Of a stretch of DNA of 64,000 bases, positions 41,662 through 51,796 are shown piece by piece. A program made the position numbers and the translations under genes. The notes under the pieces were generated by a model, which was not told the DNA's origin, made no database searches, and worked only from the letters and a program-made list of their open reading frames with translations. Source of the DNA: an uncultured Gemmatimonadales bacterium (GTDB lineage Bacteria; Gemmatimonadota; Gemmatimonadetes; Gemmatimonadales; GWC2-71-9); contig CAWCFX010000006.1 of the NCBI GenBank assembly GCA_963795085.1, positions 128,001-192,000 on the forward strand, given 5' to 3'. How positions within the stretch are numbered: position 1 is the first letter of the stretch; every line of letters begins with the position of its first letter.

Positions 41662-42786
41662 TCAGCCTCGCCGACGCCGCTTGACCGCGGGCTCGATGGC
41701 GGCTGCCCGGGCCAGCTCCCGGTGGATCCGGCCCACCCGTTCGATCTGCCCCTTGGCGGGGAACCGCTCGTAAAAGCCATCGGCGCGGAAGTTCCTCGTC
41801 AGTTCCGACCAGGGCGCCAGTCGCCCGGCCCAGCGCTTGACCCGGCCTTCCTCGAGATCTTCTTCAGCCCAGAGATCGGCGGCCACCCGGATCATGGCTT
41901 TCAGGGTCACCGAACTGGTGATGAAATAGTTGCTGTTCCCCCAGGCATCGCCCCAGACTGATTCGGCGGCCTTGAAGAAATCGCGGATGACCCGGTAGAA
42001 TCGCTCCACGTAGCGGCGGTCGGTTCCGGTCCGTTCAATGGCCTTCCACTCCGCATGCACCCAGCGGTGCACCTCGTTGAACAGCTCGGCCTGGAGGATC
42101 CACTTTTCCTGGCGGCTCCGCCCGCCCAGCCGGTTGATCCGGTACCGAAGCGGGCTATCCGCCTCCTTGTAGAGCAGTTCCACCACCCGGGCCGAAAACT
42201 TCTTGTCGGGGTCCGCCCAGGAGACCCGCTCGTAGAGATCGACCAGGTGGCTCTTGTTGATGCGGGTGGGCGTACTGTTGATGATGACGAACATCTCGGT
42301 GGCGAAGTCTTCGCTCTTGCCGTCGAAGATGATGCAGGGCACATGCAGCGATGCGGCCTCCTCCGGCCGTTCGTTCTGATAGAACTGCAGCGCGGCCAGC
42401 CGGTGCTGGCCGTCGATAATGAGAAAACCGCCGGAGGGCTGGACCAGAATCCCGTTGTTTCCCGACTGCGGGGTAAACCGCAGCCGTTCGGCCGTAAACA
42501 GGAGCACGGTGCCCGGGATGGGCGGCTGGCTCACGGCCGTTTCGTAGAAATTCTTGATGGCCTTGACCTTGGCCTTGGAGAGGGTGCGCTGAAACGCTGC
42601 TTCCGAGCGCTCGACCCTGGAGATGAACCGCGCAATGTCGTCTTCTTCGGGGGGAGCCTCGGGGGCGATTTGCTCGCCCTCGCCATAGAACCGGCTGATG
42701 AATCGCACCCGCTCCAGCAGTTCCGCGGCAGGATAGGCGGCGAAATAGAAGACGCTGTCCTTCTGGCGTACCTGGGTGGCAAGCAT
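41662..42786 (-). CDS. DGQHR domain protein (DndB/ParB-like superfamily)
   Basis: FQRTL, IIDGQHRL and FVIINSTP motifs. Confidence 0.9.
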   Translation of the reverse strand: MLATQVRQKDSVFYFAAYPAAELLERVRFISRFYGEGEQIAPEAPPEEDDIARFISRVERSEAAFQRTLSKAKVKAIKNFYETAVSQPPIPGTVLLFTAERLRFTPQSGNNGILVQPSGGFLIIDGQHRLAALQFYQNERPEEAASLHVPCIIFDGKSEDFATEMFVIINSTPTRINKSHLVDLYERVSWADPDKKFSARVVELLYKEADSPLRYRINRLGGRSRQEKWILQAELFNEVHRWVHAEWKAIERTGTDRRYVERFYRVIRDFFKAAESVWGDAWGNSNYFITSSVTLKAMIRVAADLWAEEDLEEGRVKRWAGRLAPWSELTRNFRADGFYERFPAKGQIERVGRIHRELARAAAIEPAVKRRRRG

Positions 42787-42843
42787 CCCGGGTCTCCGTA
42801 GTCGGGGGACGATTCACGAGGGGATTGGGGGCTGGCTACAAGT

Positions 42844-44325
42844 TTACTCCTCCCGGGTGGGCTCGCAATCTCTGGCCCAGGCCAGGGCCGCCCGGACGGC
42901 CCGGCTCCACTCCTCTCGCCGGCGGCGGCGTTCCTCGCCGGCCATGCCGGGCTCGAACACCGTAAACCTCCGCCCGGCGATGAACTCTTCCGGTGTACGC
43001 CAGAGTCCCAGGGCCAGGCCGGCCAGGCCCGCCGCGCCCAGCGCCGTGGTTTCCACCATGTCCGGGCGTTCCACCGGGATGCCCAGGGCGTCGGCCTGGA
43101 ATTGCATCAGCCAATCGTTGGCGGCCGCCCCCCCATCCACCCGCAGCGTCGCGATGGCGGTGCCGGCATCACGGGTCATGGCGGCGACCAGTTCGGCGCT
43201 GCTCCAGGCCATCGCTTCGAGGGCGGCGCGCACCAGGTGCGCCCGGGTGGTGCCCCGGGTCAGGCCGGTGATGGTGCCCCGCGCGTCCGCTTCCCAGTGG
43301 GGCGAGCCGAGGCCCACGAACGCCGGCACGAAGGAGACCCCGCCCGCGTCGGGGACGCTCCGCGCCAGGGCCTCTGTCTCGGCCGCTTCCCCCACCAGGC
43401 CCAGCCCATCCCGCAGCCATTGCACCGCCGCGCCGGCGATGAACACGCTGCCTTCAAGGGCGAACGCCGGCTCGCCCCGGGGCCCGCAGGCGATGGTCGT
43501 CAATAAACCCGCCTGGGAACGGGCCCGCGCGGCGCCGGTGTGTTCCAGCAGAAACGCGCCGGTGCCGTAGGTGTTCTTCGCCATCCCCGGTCGCACGCAT
43601 CCCTGCCCGAAGAGGGCCGCCTGCTGGTCACCGGCGACTCCCGCGATAGGGAGGGCGGCCCCGAAGAATTCCGGATCGCTTTCGCCGAGGATACCGCTGG
43701 AGCTGACCAGGGTGGGCAAGACGTCGCGGGGGACGCCGAACAGGCCCAGCAGTTCGTCGTCCCAGTCGTGGCGGGCCAGGTTATAGAGAAGGGTACGCGA
43801 GGCGTTGGTATGATCGGTGACATGGACGCGCCCGCCAGTCAGGCAGGCGATCAGCCAACTGTCGACCGTGCCGAAGGCCAGGTTCGGCACATCCCGGTGG
43901 CGCGCGAGCAGCCACTCCAGTTTGGTCGCCGAGAAGTACGGATCCAGGACCAGCCCGGTCAGCTCGCGCAGGCGGGGTTCTCTGCCCCCGGCTCGCAGTT
44001 CGGCACAACGCGCCGCCGTGCGGCGGTCCTGCCAGACGATCGCGGGGGCCACCGGCGCCAGCGACGCGCGGTCCCACAGAACCACCGTCTCCCGCTGGTT
44101 GGTAATCCCGATGCCCTCGGGAGTTTCTCCGGCGGCGGCGATGGCGTCCCGGGCAGCCTCGACCGTCACCCGGAGAATCTCCCGGGGATCGTGTTCCACC
44201 CACCCGGGCTGGGGAAAATACTGGGTGAACTCCCGGTAGCCCCGGCCGATCACCCGGCCCTCCCGGTCGATGACCAGCGCGGTCGAGCCGGTGGTGCCCT
44301 GGTCGAGCGCCAGGATGCTCGGCAT
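42844..44325 (-). CDS. glpK: Glycerol kinase
   Basis: [26 protein letters not shown] and KNTYGTG. Confidence 0.96.
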   Translation of the reverse strand: MPSILALDQGTTGSTALVIDREGRVIGRGYREFTQYFPQPGWVEHDPREILRVTVEAARDAIAAAGETPEGIGITNQRETVVLWDRASLAPVAPAIVWQDRRTAARCAELRAGGREPRLRELTGLVLDPYFSATKLEWLLARHRDVPNLAFGTVDSWLIACLTGGRVHVTDHTNASRTLLYNLARHDWDDELLGLFGVPRDVLPTLVSSSGILGESDPEFFGAALPIAGVAGDQQAALFGQGCVRPGMAKNTYGTGAFLLEHTGAARARSQAGLLTTIACGPRGEPAFALEGSVFIAGAAVQWLRDGLGLVGEAAETEALARSVPDAGGVSFVPAFVGLGSPHWEADARGTITGLTRGTTRAHLVRAALEAMAWSSAELVAAMTRDAGTAIATLRVDGGAAANDWLMQFQADALGIPVERPDMVETTALGAAGLAGLALGLWRTPEEFIAGRRFTVFEPGMAGEERRRRREEWSRAVRAALAWARDCEPTREE

Positions 44326-44329
44326 CCGC

Positions 44330-45349
44330 TCAGTCCCGGAGGCTGAGAATTTCGGCGCCCCGAAGGACCCCGGCATCGGTGATATACGCCGCGACCAGGT
44401 CGGCCGGCGTCACGTCAAAGGCCGGGTTCCAGGTACCCACGCCCACAGGTGACGTGACCTGGCCGTTGAATCCGCGGACCTCATCGGCATGCCGCTGTTC
44501 GATGGGTATGGAATTGCCGTCCGGGGTCGCGAAATCGAACGTGGTGCGCGGCGCCGCAACGTAGAAAGGCACCTGGTGGGCGCGCGCCGCCAGGGCCAGC
44601 CCGTAGGTGCCGATCTTGTTGGCAACATCCCCGTTCCGGGCAATCCGGTCGGCGCCCACGATCACGCAGTCCACGTCTCCCTGCCGGAGCCGGCTGGCGG
44701 CCATTCCCTCGGTGATCAGGGTGCAGGCGATTCCCGCCCGGGTCAGTTCCCAGGCGGTGAGCCGGGCTCCCTGCAGGAGAGGGCGCGTCTCCGAGGCCAC
44801 CACCCGGATGTCACGGCCGGCGTCACGGGCCTTGTACAGCGGCGCCAGCGCGGTCCCGATGCCGCCGGTGGCAAGCGCCCCCGCGTTGCAATGGGTGACG
44901 ACCACGGCTCGGTCCCCCAGCAACGCAAGGCCGGCAACCCCGATCCGATCGCACATGGCGGCATCTTCTTTCCAGATGGCGGTGGCTTCCGCGACCAGGA
45001 CCGGGTGAAGCTGGGCCGGGGCGGCGGCCACTGCCCGGCGCCACATCCGGTCCAGCGCCCATCCCAGGTTCACCGCCGTCGGGCGGGTGGCGCGGAGCAG
45101 GTCGTGAGCGCGGCGCAAGCCGGCCAGCGCATCTCCGTCGCCCCCGCCCTGGGGCACCGCCAGCGTCAGGCCCATGGCGGCGCTGATGCCGATGAGCGGC
45201 GCGCCCCGCACCCGGAGGGAGCTAATAGCCTCGGCCACGGCCTCGGCGGTGGCGAGGTCGAGGTAATGTTCGCGGGAGGGAAGCAAGGTCTGGTCGAGAA
45301 TCCGGACCTGGTGGTCCGGCGTCCAGCCGATTGGGTGGGGGATAGGCAT
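44330..45349 (-). CDS. mtnA: S-methyl-5-thioribose-1-phosphate isomerase
   Basis: [38 protein letters not shown] and NPAFDVTP. Confidence 0.96.
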   Translation of the reverse strand: MPIPHPIGWTPDHQVRILDQTLLPSREHYLDLATAEAVAEAISSLRVRGAPLIGISAAMGLTLAVPQGGGDGDALAGLRRAHDLLRATRPTAVNLGWALDRMWRRAVAAAPAQLHPVLVAEATAIWKEDAAMCDRIGVAGLALLGDRAVVVTHCNAGALATGGIGTALAPLYKARDAGRDIRVVASETRPLLQGARLTAWELTRAGIACTLITEGMAASRLRQGDVDCVIVGADRIARNGDVANKIGTYGLALAARAHQVPFYVAAPRTTFDFATPDGNSIPIEQRHADEVRGFNGQVTSPVGVGTWNPAFDVTPADLVAAYITDAGVLRGAEILSLRD

Positions 45350-45378
45350 GCAGGCAATCTAACAGCGGGCCGGCGGCG

Positions 45379-46959
45379 TCAGCGGGCTCCCAGCGAGTTG
45401 GTGAACGCGTCATAGACGTCGGCCCGCCACCAGTGCCGGGATTGTTCCATGATCCCGTAGGCTTCTTCCATCGGCATGGCCGCCCGGTAACTGCGGGTGG
45501 TGGTCAGCGCGTCAAAAACATCCGCGATGCAGATGACCTGGGCGTGGAGCGGGATCTCGTCGCCCTTGAGCCGGTCCGGATAGCCGGTACCGTCGTAACG
45601 CTCGTGGTGGGAACGGATGATCGGCTTGATGTCCCAGGGAAATTCCACCGCCGCCAGCAGTTCGAGGCCCCACACCGGGTGCATCTTGACGATATCAAAC
45701 TCTTCGTTGGTAAGCCGGCCCGGCTTGTTGAGGATTTCGTGGGGCACCTTGACCTTGCCAAGATCGTGGAGATAGGCGCCGAGCCGAAGAGTGGTCTGTT
45801 CCTCCTCGCTGAGTCCGAGGGCCTGCGCCACCTTGAGGCCGTACTCCGCCACCCGGCCGCAGTGGCCGAAGGTGTACCGGTCCGACGATTCGATCGACTG
45901 GCCCCACTCGGCGACGACCTTGAGAAACGTCCCTTCCAGCTCCGAGACCTTGCCGCGAATATCCACCAGGTCCACCCGGGCGTTCAGGCGGTGGAAGAGT
46001 CGGTGGGAAGTGTTCAGGAGCCGCAGCGAATCCTGGTTTCGCCCCATCATCTGGAGCAGCAGGGCCATTTCGCGGGAGGCCTCGGCCTCGCTCAGGACCG
46101 AGCCGGTCTCCACCGCGAGGTCGATCGCCGCCTTGAGACGTGACTCGGCCACGGCGTGATGACCGGTTTCCCGGTAGACCGTACCCAGCACCTTGTAGGC
46201 ATCGGCCTTGTCGAGCCGGGCGCCCAGTTCGTCGAATATGCGGAGCGCCGCCTCGGCGCTGTCGCGGGCCTTTTCATAGCGCTGCCGGGCCAGGTGGACT
46301 TCCGCGTGGTTGAGAAGACAGAGTCCCTGAAGATGAATATCGCCCATGGTGGAGGCGCGGGCGTGGCTGGCCACGAAGTACCGGTCCGCTTCTTCCCACT
46401 GTTCCTGGTCGGCGCTGATCATGCCCAGGTTGTGGTACGCAATGGCGCAGCCCCGTTCGTCACCGGCATGCACGAATGCCTGGAGGGAATCGAGGTAGTG
46501 CTGCCGGGCCTGGTCGAGATCTCCCTCGACGTTGGCCAGGATCCCGAGGTTCTGGAGGATCCGGCCCTGCAGTTCTTCAGAATCCCGGCCCAGTTGCAGT
46601 CCGGCCGTAAACCGTTCCCGGGCGGAGTTCATGTCCCCCGCCTCAAACTCGAAGCCGGCCAGCGCGTTCAGCGCTTCGGCAGCCAGCACATGTAGTTCAG
46701 CTTGCTGCGCGGATTCGTAGCTCTGCTGGCAGAGGGCTCGGGCCCGGGCAGGTTCGCTCCGGTGATGGCAGATGACCCCGAGCCGCCGGCGGGCTTCAAT
46801 GCCCGCCGACCCCCGCCCGGCCGAGTCTATGGCTCGCTCATAGCAAGCGGCCGCCAGGTCCAGCTTGCCCTGGCGTTCAAAGCCCCGGCCACTCCGCAGG
46901 TCATTCTCTGCGGCGTCGAGAGCGGGTTCCGGAGCGGGCCGGGCCTCGGGCTTGGTCAT
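45379..46959 (-). CDS. TPR-HD-GYP phosphodiesterase
   Basis: N-terminal TPRs; LHDLGK and HHERYDGTGYPD intact. Confidence 0.92.
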   Translation of the reverse strand: MTKPEARPAPEPALDAAENDLRSGRGFERQGKLDLAAACYERAIDSAGRGSAGIEARRRLGVICHHRSEPARARALCQQSYESAQQAELHVLAAEALNALAGFEFEAGDMNSARERFTAGLQLGRDSEELQGRILQNLGILANVEGDLDQARQHYLDSLQAFVHAGDERGCAIAYHNLGMISADQEQWEEADRYFVASHARASTMGDIHLQGLCLLNHAEVHLARQRYEKARDSAEAALRIFDELGARLDKADAYKVLGTVYRETGHHAVAESRLKAAIDLAVETGSVLSEAEASREMALLLQMMGRNQDSLRLLNTSHRLFHRLNARVDLVDIRGKVSELEGTFLKVVAEWGQSIESSDRYTFGHCGRVAEYGLKVAQALGLSEEEQTTLRLGAYLHDLGKVKVPHEILNKPGRLTNEEFDIVKMHPVWGLELLAAVEFPWDIKPIIRSHHERYDGTGYPDRLKGDEIPLHAQVICIADVFDALTTTRSYRAAMPMEEAYGIMEQSRHWWRADVYDAFTNSLGAR

Positions 46960-47115
46960 GCCTTGCTCTGTGGCAAGCCGGGCGCCAATGTGGTCCGCCC
47001 CTTGGGAAGCAGCCTATATTGCTTGTTGACAACGGATTACGGCTACGATTAGAGATTCCAGGCCTCCCTACCCTCCTGGGTTCTTGCCGCAATCTTCCAT
47101 GAAAAGTGGCGATTC

Positions 47116-47150
47116 AAATAAATACGGCGGCTCCCTGGGGAGCCGCCGTT
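47116..47150 (-). terminator. Intrinsic terminator
   Basis: 11-bp perfect stem ACGGCGGCTCC/GGAGCCGCCGT followed by ATTTATTT on the minus strand. Confidence 0.75.
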
Positions 47151-47170
47151 TGCCCGCCGGTCCGCGCCGA

Positions 47171-47695
47171 CTACCAGGCTACCGCGTACCGCGAGAAGTG
47201 CTCGAGATTGGTGCTGACTTTCTTGCTCAGTTTGTCGTCCACCGACGGCAGCAGCTGCAATATCCGGAGGCCGTCCGTCGTGTAGGCGACCCGGCGCGGC
47301 AGAATCGAAGCCGGCAGCGGGCAGTTGTCGTAGTTCAGGGTGAGCACGGCCGGTTTACCGGCGTTAAATACCAGGCCCTCAGGCTGTAACTGGACGGAAT
47401 TAGTCGTGTCGGCTTCCATGCTCATCGTAATGAGCGTCGAGCGGTTCAGCGCTCCCGCAGGAATCACCAGCTTGTGTTTGCCGACCTTGAGGGTTCCCCC
47501 GGCCTGGTTCACCCGCAGCGATATGGTCGCCGCCGGCGTGGCGGAGCACTTCAGCAGTTTGGAGAGGCCCAGCGCCCCAAACTCCGGCCCGGCCAGGGTG
47601 GGGTCCGGCGCCGCGGCCCGATCAATACCACAACTGACAGTCACCGCCACCAGGGCGGCCACAAACATGAGTCCTACCAGTCGTCTCGCCTTCAT
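47171..47695 (-). CDS. Lipoprotein with ZU5-like domain, paralog 1
   Basis: AAGGAG RBS, lipobox VSC, GGTL..LVIPAGAL, PEGLVF and LEHFSRYAVAW. Confidence 0.8.
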   Translation of the reverse strand: MKARRLVGLMFVAALVAVTVSCGIDRAAAPDPTLAGPEFGALGLSKLLKCSATPAATISLRVNQAGGTLKVGKHKLVIPAGALNRSTLITMSMEADTTNSVQLQPEGLVFNAGKPAVLTLNYDNCPLPASILPRRVAYTTDGLRILQLLPSVDDKLSKKVSTNLEHFSRYAVAW

Positions 47696-47962
47696 TCTTG
47701 CCGCTCCTTGGAAGTGAATGTCATGCGCCTATACCGCTGCCTCTTGGCTGCCGACCCGGATGCGGGTGGACGCGGAAAACTTGCAGGCACCATAGGGTGC
47801 AAAGCGGATGCCAGATGGAGTGCAACTCCGCGCAGTACCCCGCTCCGCCGGGGTGTGCCCACAACATCTCGTGAGCCAACCACTTACCGGCGGCCGGGAG
47901 GCGCCTGAAGGCGCGGCTCAATCCCGCCTGCGAACGGCCTTCGCTTTCACTCTCCCACAACG

Positions 47963-47995
47963 CGAAACGTCGCCGCCACTGGCGACGACGTTTCG
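47963..47995 (-). terminator. Hairpin after ZU5-like paralog 2
   Basis: CGAAACGTCG-CCGCC-ACT-GGCGA-CGACGTTTCG inverted repeat; weak U tract. Confidence 0.5.
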
Positions 47996-48018
47996 AGATT
48001 TGAGGAGTGGCGCGCGGA

Positions 48019-48564
48019 TCAATAGGCCACGGCGTACCGGGAGAAATGTTCCAGCGGTGCGGTCACTTTCTTCGCCAGAATATTGTCCACCGACCGCAGG
48101 ATCTCGAGCAGCTGCAGCCGTTCGGTGGTGTACACGATCTTCTTGGGAAGCAGGCGCGCCACCAATGAGCAGTTCGCATAGCTCATCGTCAGGCTCGCGG
48201 GCTTCCCGCTTGCGAACCGCAGGCCCTCCGGCAGCAGGCGAACCGAGTTCACGCTGTCCAGGACGATCTCGGCGGTGATGACCGTGTTTTTCGTCAGGGC
48301 GCCCGGCGGGATCACCAGCGTGTGCGGGCCAACCGTGATCGTCCCACCCCGGATCCCGATGGTCTTGCTGCTGATCGCCGGGCGGAGGGGCGAGCAGCTG
48401 AGCAGGGTGGCCAGGAGATTCGTCCCGAGTAGTCCGTCCCGCTGTTCCAGCGCCGGGATTCCGGACAGGTCCGTTGGCCCCTGTGAATCACCCGCAGAGC
48501 AGCTGATGCCGGCCACCAGGAAGAGGCCCAGGAACATCATCGAGATAAGGCGCGAGCGTTTCAT
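48019..48564 (-). CDS. Lipoprotein with ZU5-like domain, paralog 2
   Basis: ATG 48564, lipobox ISC, LVIPPGAL, PEGLRF and LEHFSRYAVAY. Confidence 0.8.
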   Translation of the reverse strand: MKRSRLISMMFLGLFLVAGISCSAGDSQGPTDLSGIPALEQRDGLLGTNLLATLLSCSPLRPAISSKTIGIRGGTITVGPHTLVIPPGALTKNTVITAEIVLDSVNSVRLLPEGLRFASGKPASLTMSYANCSLVARLLPKKIVYTTERLQLLEILRSVDNILAKKVTAPLEHFSRYAVAY

Positions 48565-48929
48565 CGGACTGCCTCGGAGTGAATAGTGTGCGCCGGTACC
48601 GCGGCCGCTTTGGCCGCCGGCCCCAGACATCGGGGCGGACGCGGAAACTGCCGTGCCGATGTAGAGCAAGTTGGGGCCCAGCAGATTGGAATAACGACGC
48701 ACTATTTGACAGCACAATTATATACCCACCCTAACTCTCAGTTCGATAAGTATATAGGCGATATATCAGATATTGCATCTGACATAATATTGAACAACCA
48801 ACGAGGCTGGTCCCGGACCATGGCCAGTGCCATGTTGCTGGGCCTGCCCCCCGTTCGTTGCGGGAGAGCCACAGTCTGCACCCGGCCAGGGAGGCCGCTA
48901 TACTTCCAGTTCCTCTTTCATCCCCGGCC

Positions 48930-49712
48930 ATGAACTTCCCAAGCCTTCTCCTGGAAACCGCCGGCGGCATCGCCCGCCTGACGATCAACCGCCCCGACAA
49001 GCTGAACGCCCTGAACGACCAGGTCATCGCCGACCTGGGCCGGGCCATGGACCAGATAGACACGGACCCAGCCATCCGGGGCGTCATTGTGACCGGGAGC
49101 GGGACGAAAGCCTTTGTCGCGGGCGCGGACATCCCGGAGCTGTCCCGCCAGGGCCCCTTCGACGGCAAGGCTCGGGCGCTGGTCGGCCAGCGGGTCTTTC
49201 GCCGGATCGAACGCTCGGGGAAGCCGGTGATCGCCGCCATCAACGGGTTTGCCCTCGGCGGGGGCTGCGAGCTCGCCATGGCCTGCCACATCCGGATTGC
49301 GGCCGAGTCGGCGAAGTTCGGCCAGCCGGAAGCGAAGCTGGGCATCGCCCCGGGGTATGGCGGCACCGTGCGGCTCCCCCGGCTGGTGGGGAAAGGCCGG
49401 GCCCTGGAGCTCCTCCTGACCGGGGTGATGATTGACGCGAACGAGGCCTACCGGATTGGACTGGTGAACCGGGTGGTTCCGGGCGAGCATCTGCTGGACG
49501 CGGCGGAAACGATGATGCGGACGATCCTGGAGAACGGCCCGCTCGCGGTCAGGGTCTGCATCGAAGCGGTGGACTCGGCGTTGGAAACCACTCTCGACGA
49601 AGGCCTCCTGCTGGAAGCCAATTACTTCGGTCTGCTGGCCTCGACGACCGACATGCGGGAAGGCATGGCCGCCTTTCTCGAGAAGCGCAAGGCGGCCTTT
49701 ACCGGCCACTGA
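48930..49712 (+). CDS. Enoyl-CoA hydratase (crotonase)
   Basis: NRPDKLNAL, AFVAGADI, GFALGGGCEL and GQPEAKLG. Confidence 0.95.
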   Translation: MNFPSLLLETAGGIARLTINRPDKLNALNDQVIADLGRAMDQIDTDPAIRGVIVTGSGTKAFVAGADIPELSRQGPFDGKARALVGQRVFRRIERSGKPVIAAINGFALGGGCELAMACHIRIAAESAKFGQPEAKLGIAPGYGGTVRLPRLVGKGRALELLLTGVMIDANEAYRIGLVNRVVPGEHLLDAAETMMRTILENGPLAVRVCIEAVDSALETTLDEGLLLEANYFGLLASTTDMREGMAAFLEKRKAAFTGH

Positions 49713-49748
49713 AGGTGTCCGCGCCGCGGGGAGAGACGTCCTACCGGT

Positions 49749-50141
49749 ATGATCCGACAGCTCGCGGGACTGACAGCCCTCGCCCTGGTGGCCGGATGCC
49801 CCGAACGGGGCCGGCTGACCGGTCCCACCAACGGCATCGGCATCGGCCCGGCTGTAAGCATCGACAATCCAGCCCAGGACGTCACCATGACGGCGGGGTC
49901 GGCCATGCTGATCGGGGGAACCGCGTTCGATGAGGAGGGGGTGGACTCGGTCTACTTTACCGCGCTCGACCGTCCCGGAGAAACCGCCACCATTGCTGCG
50001 GGCGGCCATCCACGGGCTTCCTTTTCGTTTGTGCTGAACCTGGTTGGCAACCCGGGCGACACCATCACGGTATGGGTCTATGCGGCCAACCTGAACCAGG
50101 TGCGTGGCGATCCGGTCAGCCGCCGCATCCGGCTGCGCTGA
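49749..50141 (+). CDS. Small Ig-like lipoprotein
   Basis: Lipobox VAGC; PAVSIDNP and DEEGVDSVYF beta-sandwich pattern. Confidence 0.75.
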   Translation: MIRQLAGLTALALVAGCPERGRLTGPTNGIGIGPAVSIDNPAQDVTMTAGSAMLIGGTAFDEEGVDSVYFTALDRPGETATIAAGGHPRASFSFVLNLVGNPGDTITVWVYAANLNQVRGDPVSRRIRLR

Positions 50142-50154
50142 CCCAGCCCTCCCG

Positions 50155-50604
50155 TCAGGTCCTGATCACCCCGAGGCTATCCGCCGACCTCGGCCGCCAT
50201 TTGGGCACGGAATCCGGCAGCATCTCCCGCCAGTCCAGGTACCATTGGTAACTGAAGGCATCGGTGGGCACGGCCGGCGCCAGCCGGTGCAGCGCCTTCC
50301 GCGCGCCCGGGGGCAACGCCACGCCGAGCCCGACCGCGCCGCAGCCGCCTTTCCGAATGTTGATGCATCCCTCGACGTGCAGTGAATCCACCCACACAGT
50401 ATCCGCGGTCGGGTTCCTGGCCCAGAGCACCGCGCCGCGGCGGGCGGGGAGGATGTCCTCCCAGGTCACCAGCGGAGACGGCAACGCCTCCGCCTGACCC
50501 ACCGCCCGGCCCAATGGAACGATCGCCGCCCCCCACCAGAGGAATAGCGCCCCCAGGGGAAGGCGACTCGCCGGTGACGGAATCCAGGGGTCGGGCCGGT
50601 GCAC
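50155..50604 (-). CDS. Hypothetical exported protein
   Basis: GTG right after the TauE stop with a GGAAG-like RBS; hydrophobic N-terminus; Cys pair. Confidence 0.5.
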   Translation of the reverse strand: MHRPDPWIPSPASRLPLGALFLWWGAAIVPLGRAVGQAEALPSPLVTWEDILPARRGAVLWARNPTADTVWVDSLHVEGCINIRKGGCGAVGLGVALPPGARKALHRLAPAVPTDAFSYQWYLDWREMLPDSVPKWRPRSADSLGVIRT

Positions 50605-50606
50605 CG

Positions 50607-51539
50607 CTAGGACGCCGCCACTTCCTTGGCTCCGGCCTGCAGTTCCGAGGTCCTGGAATGGTCCCGCCGGGCGGCGCGAAGGAGGCTGACGCTGGTGTAC
50701 ACCACGACCACCACGACCAGGTAGCGGATGACGGAGAGGGGCAGTGACTTGACGATGTACGCGGCGATCAGCACGGCGGGGATTCCCCCCAGCGCCATGC
50801 CGAACGTGGCGCCGGGATGGTAGGCGCCGGCCTTGATGAACCGGGCGCTGGCAACCGGCATGAGGAAGGCGCACGACCCCATCATGATGGGGAAAGCGGC
50901 CGTGGGGTTCATGCCCAGGAGGCTGACCAGGATCAGACAGGGGCCATAGAGCCCGATCCCCAGCGTCATCAGGGTGCCGAGGATGAAGTTCCCGATTACG
51001 CCGGCCCAGAGCAGGGTACCGGTCAGGGCCAGCGCTTCCCCGCCGGCGGGGATCAGATTGAACTGGGCCAGCAGCATGAGCCCGGCTGCCGCCAGGAGGG
51101 CAATCCCCATTCCGATCTGGATCGCCCGGCGCGGCCACCGGGCAACGATGCCCGCACCCAGCCAGGCCCCGGCCACGGCGGCGAGTATCATGAGCACCAG
51201 CGTCTTGCTGTCCACCGGCACCAGCTGGGTGAAGATGATCGCCTGGGCGATGGTAGGAAGGGTGTGCCCTGCGTTGAGGGTGCCGGGAATGACTTCGTCC
51301 CGCACCATCTTCCATTGCCGGAACACCGCCGTGGTGGTCGCGAACGAACCGATGCCCAGAGTATCGAAGAAGTTGGCCACGAACCCGGTCGCGAACATGC
51401 CCGGTCCAGCCCGGGTGTCCTCCCGCGCCGCGCGTTTGGCCGCCCGGAGGCCGAGCCCCAGGACGACGATGTAGAACACGGTAAAGCCCGCCAGGGCGAG
51501 CAGCAGAAAGTCTTTGGCGTTCCAGTCCTGGAAGTTCAT
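50607..51539 (-). CDS. TauE/SafE family permease
   Basis: NFFDTLGIGSFATT, LMTLGIGLYGP and FPIMMGSCAFL; multiple TM segments. Confidence 0.88.
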   Translation of the reverse strand: MNFQDWNAKDFLLLALAGFTVFYIVVLGLGLRAAKRAAREDTRAGPGMFATGFVANFFDTLGIGSFATTTAVFRQWKMVRDEVIPGTLNAGHTLPTIAQAIIFTQLVPVDSKTLVLMILAAVAGAWLGAGIVARWPRRAIQIGMGIALLAAAGLMLLAQFNLIPAGGEALALTGTLLWAGVIGNFILGTLMTLGIGLYGPCLILVSLLGMNPTAAFPIMMGSCAFLMPVASARFIKAGAYHPGATFGMALGGIPAVLIAAYIVKSLPLSVIRYLVVVVVVYTSVSLLRAARRDHSRTSELQAGAKEVAAS

Positions 51540-51796
51540 GGCTCGCGGGGAGAATGGGGGTGATGCACGGCGGTTTGGACAATTGTACGCATCCCCTGCG
51601 CGAAAAGCGAACCAGCTTCGGTTCGCCCCCGGGCCGAGGTGCGAAAAGCGAGGCCGGCGCGGCTCGGCTATGTTTGCCTGCCCGATAAAGTTAGACCGCT
51701 TCCGAACTCTCGATTTTCGAGCCTGCTCCCACTACATTACGGGATGTTTTTCGACCCCTGCCGGGCGGGTCAGGCCCGGGAATGCGGAGGACTGGG

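Noticed and set aside
41662..42786. Complete DNA phosphorothioation (dnd) defence island
   Set aside because: Only the DGQHR gene is present; its neighbours are metabolic or lipoprotein genes.
47696..48018. ncRNA or tRNA between the ZU5-like paralogs
   Set aside because: Only a hairpin and leader-like sequence; no cloverleaf or recognisable riboswitch consensus.
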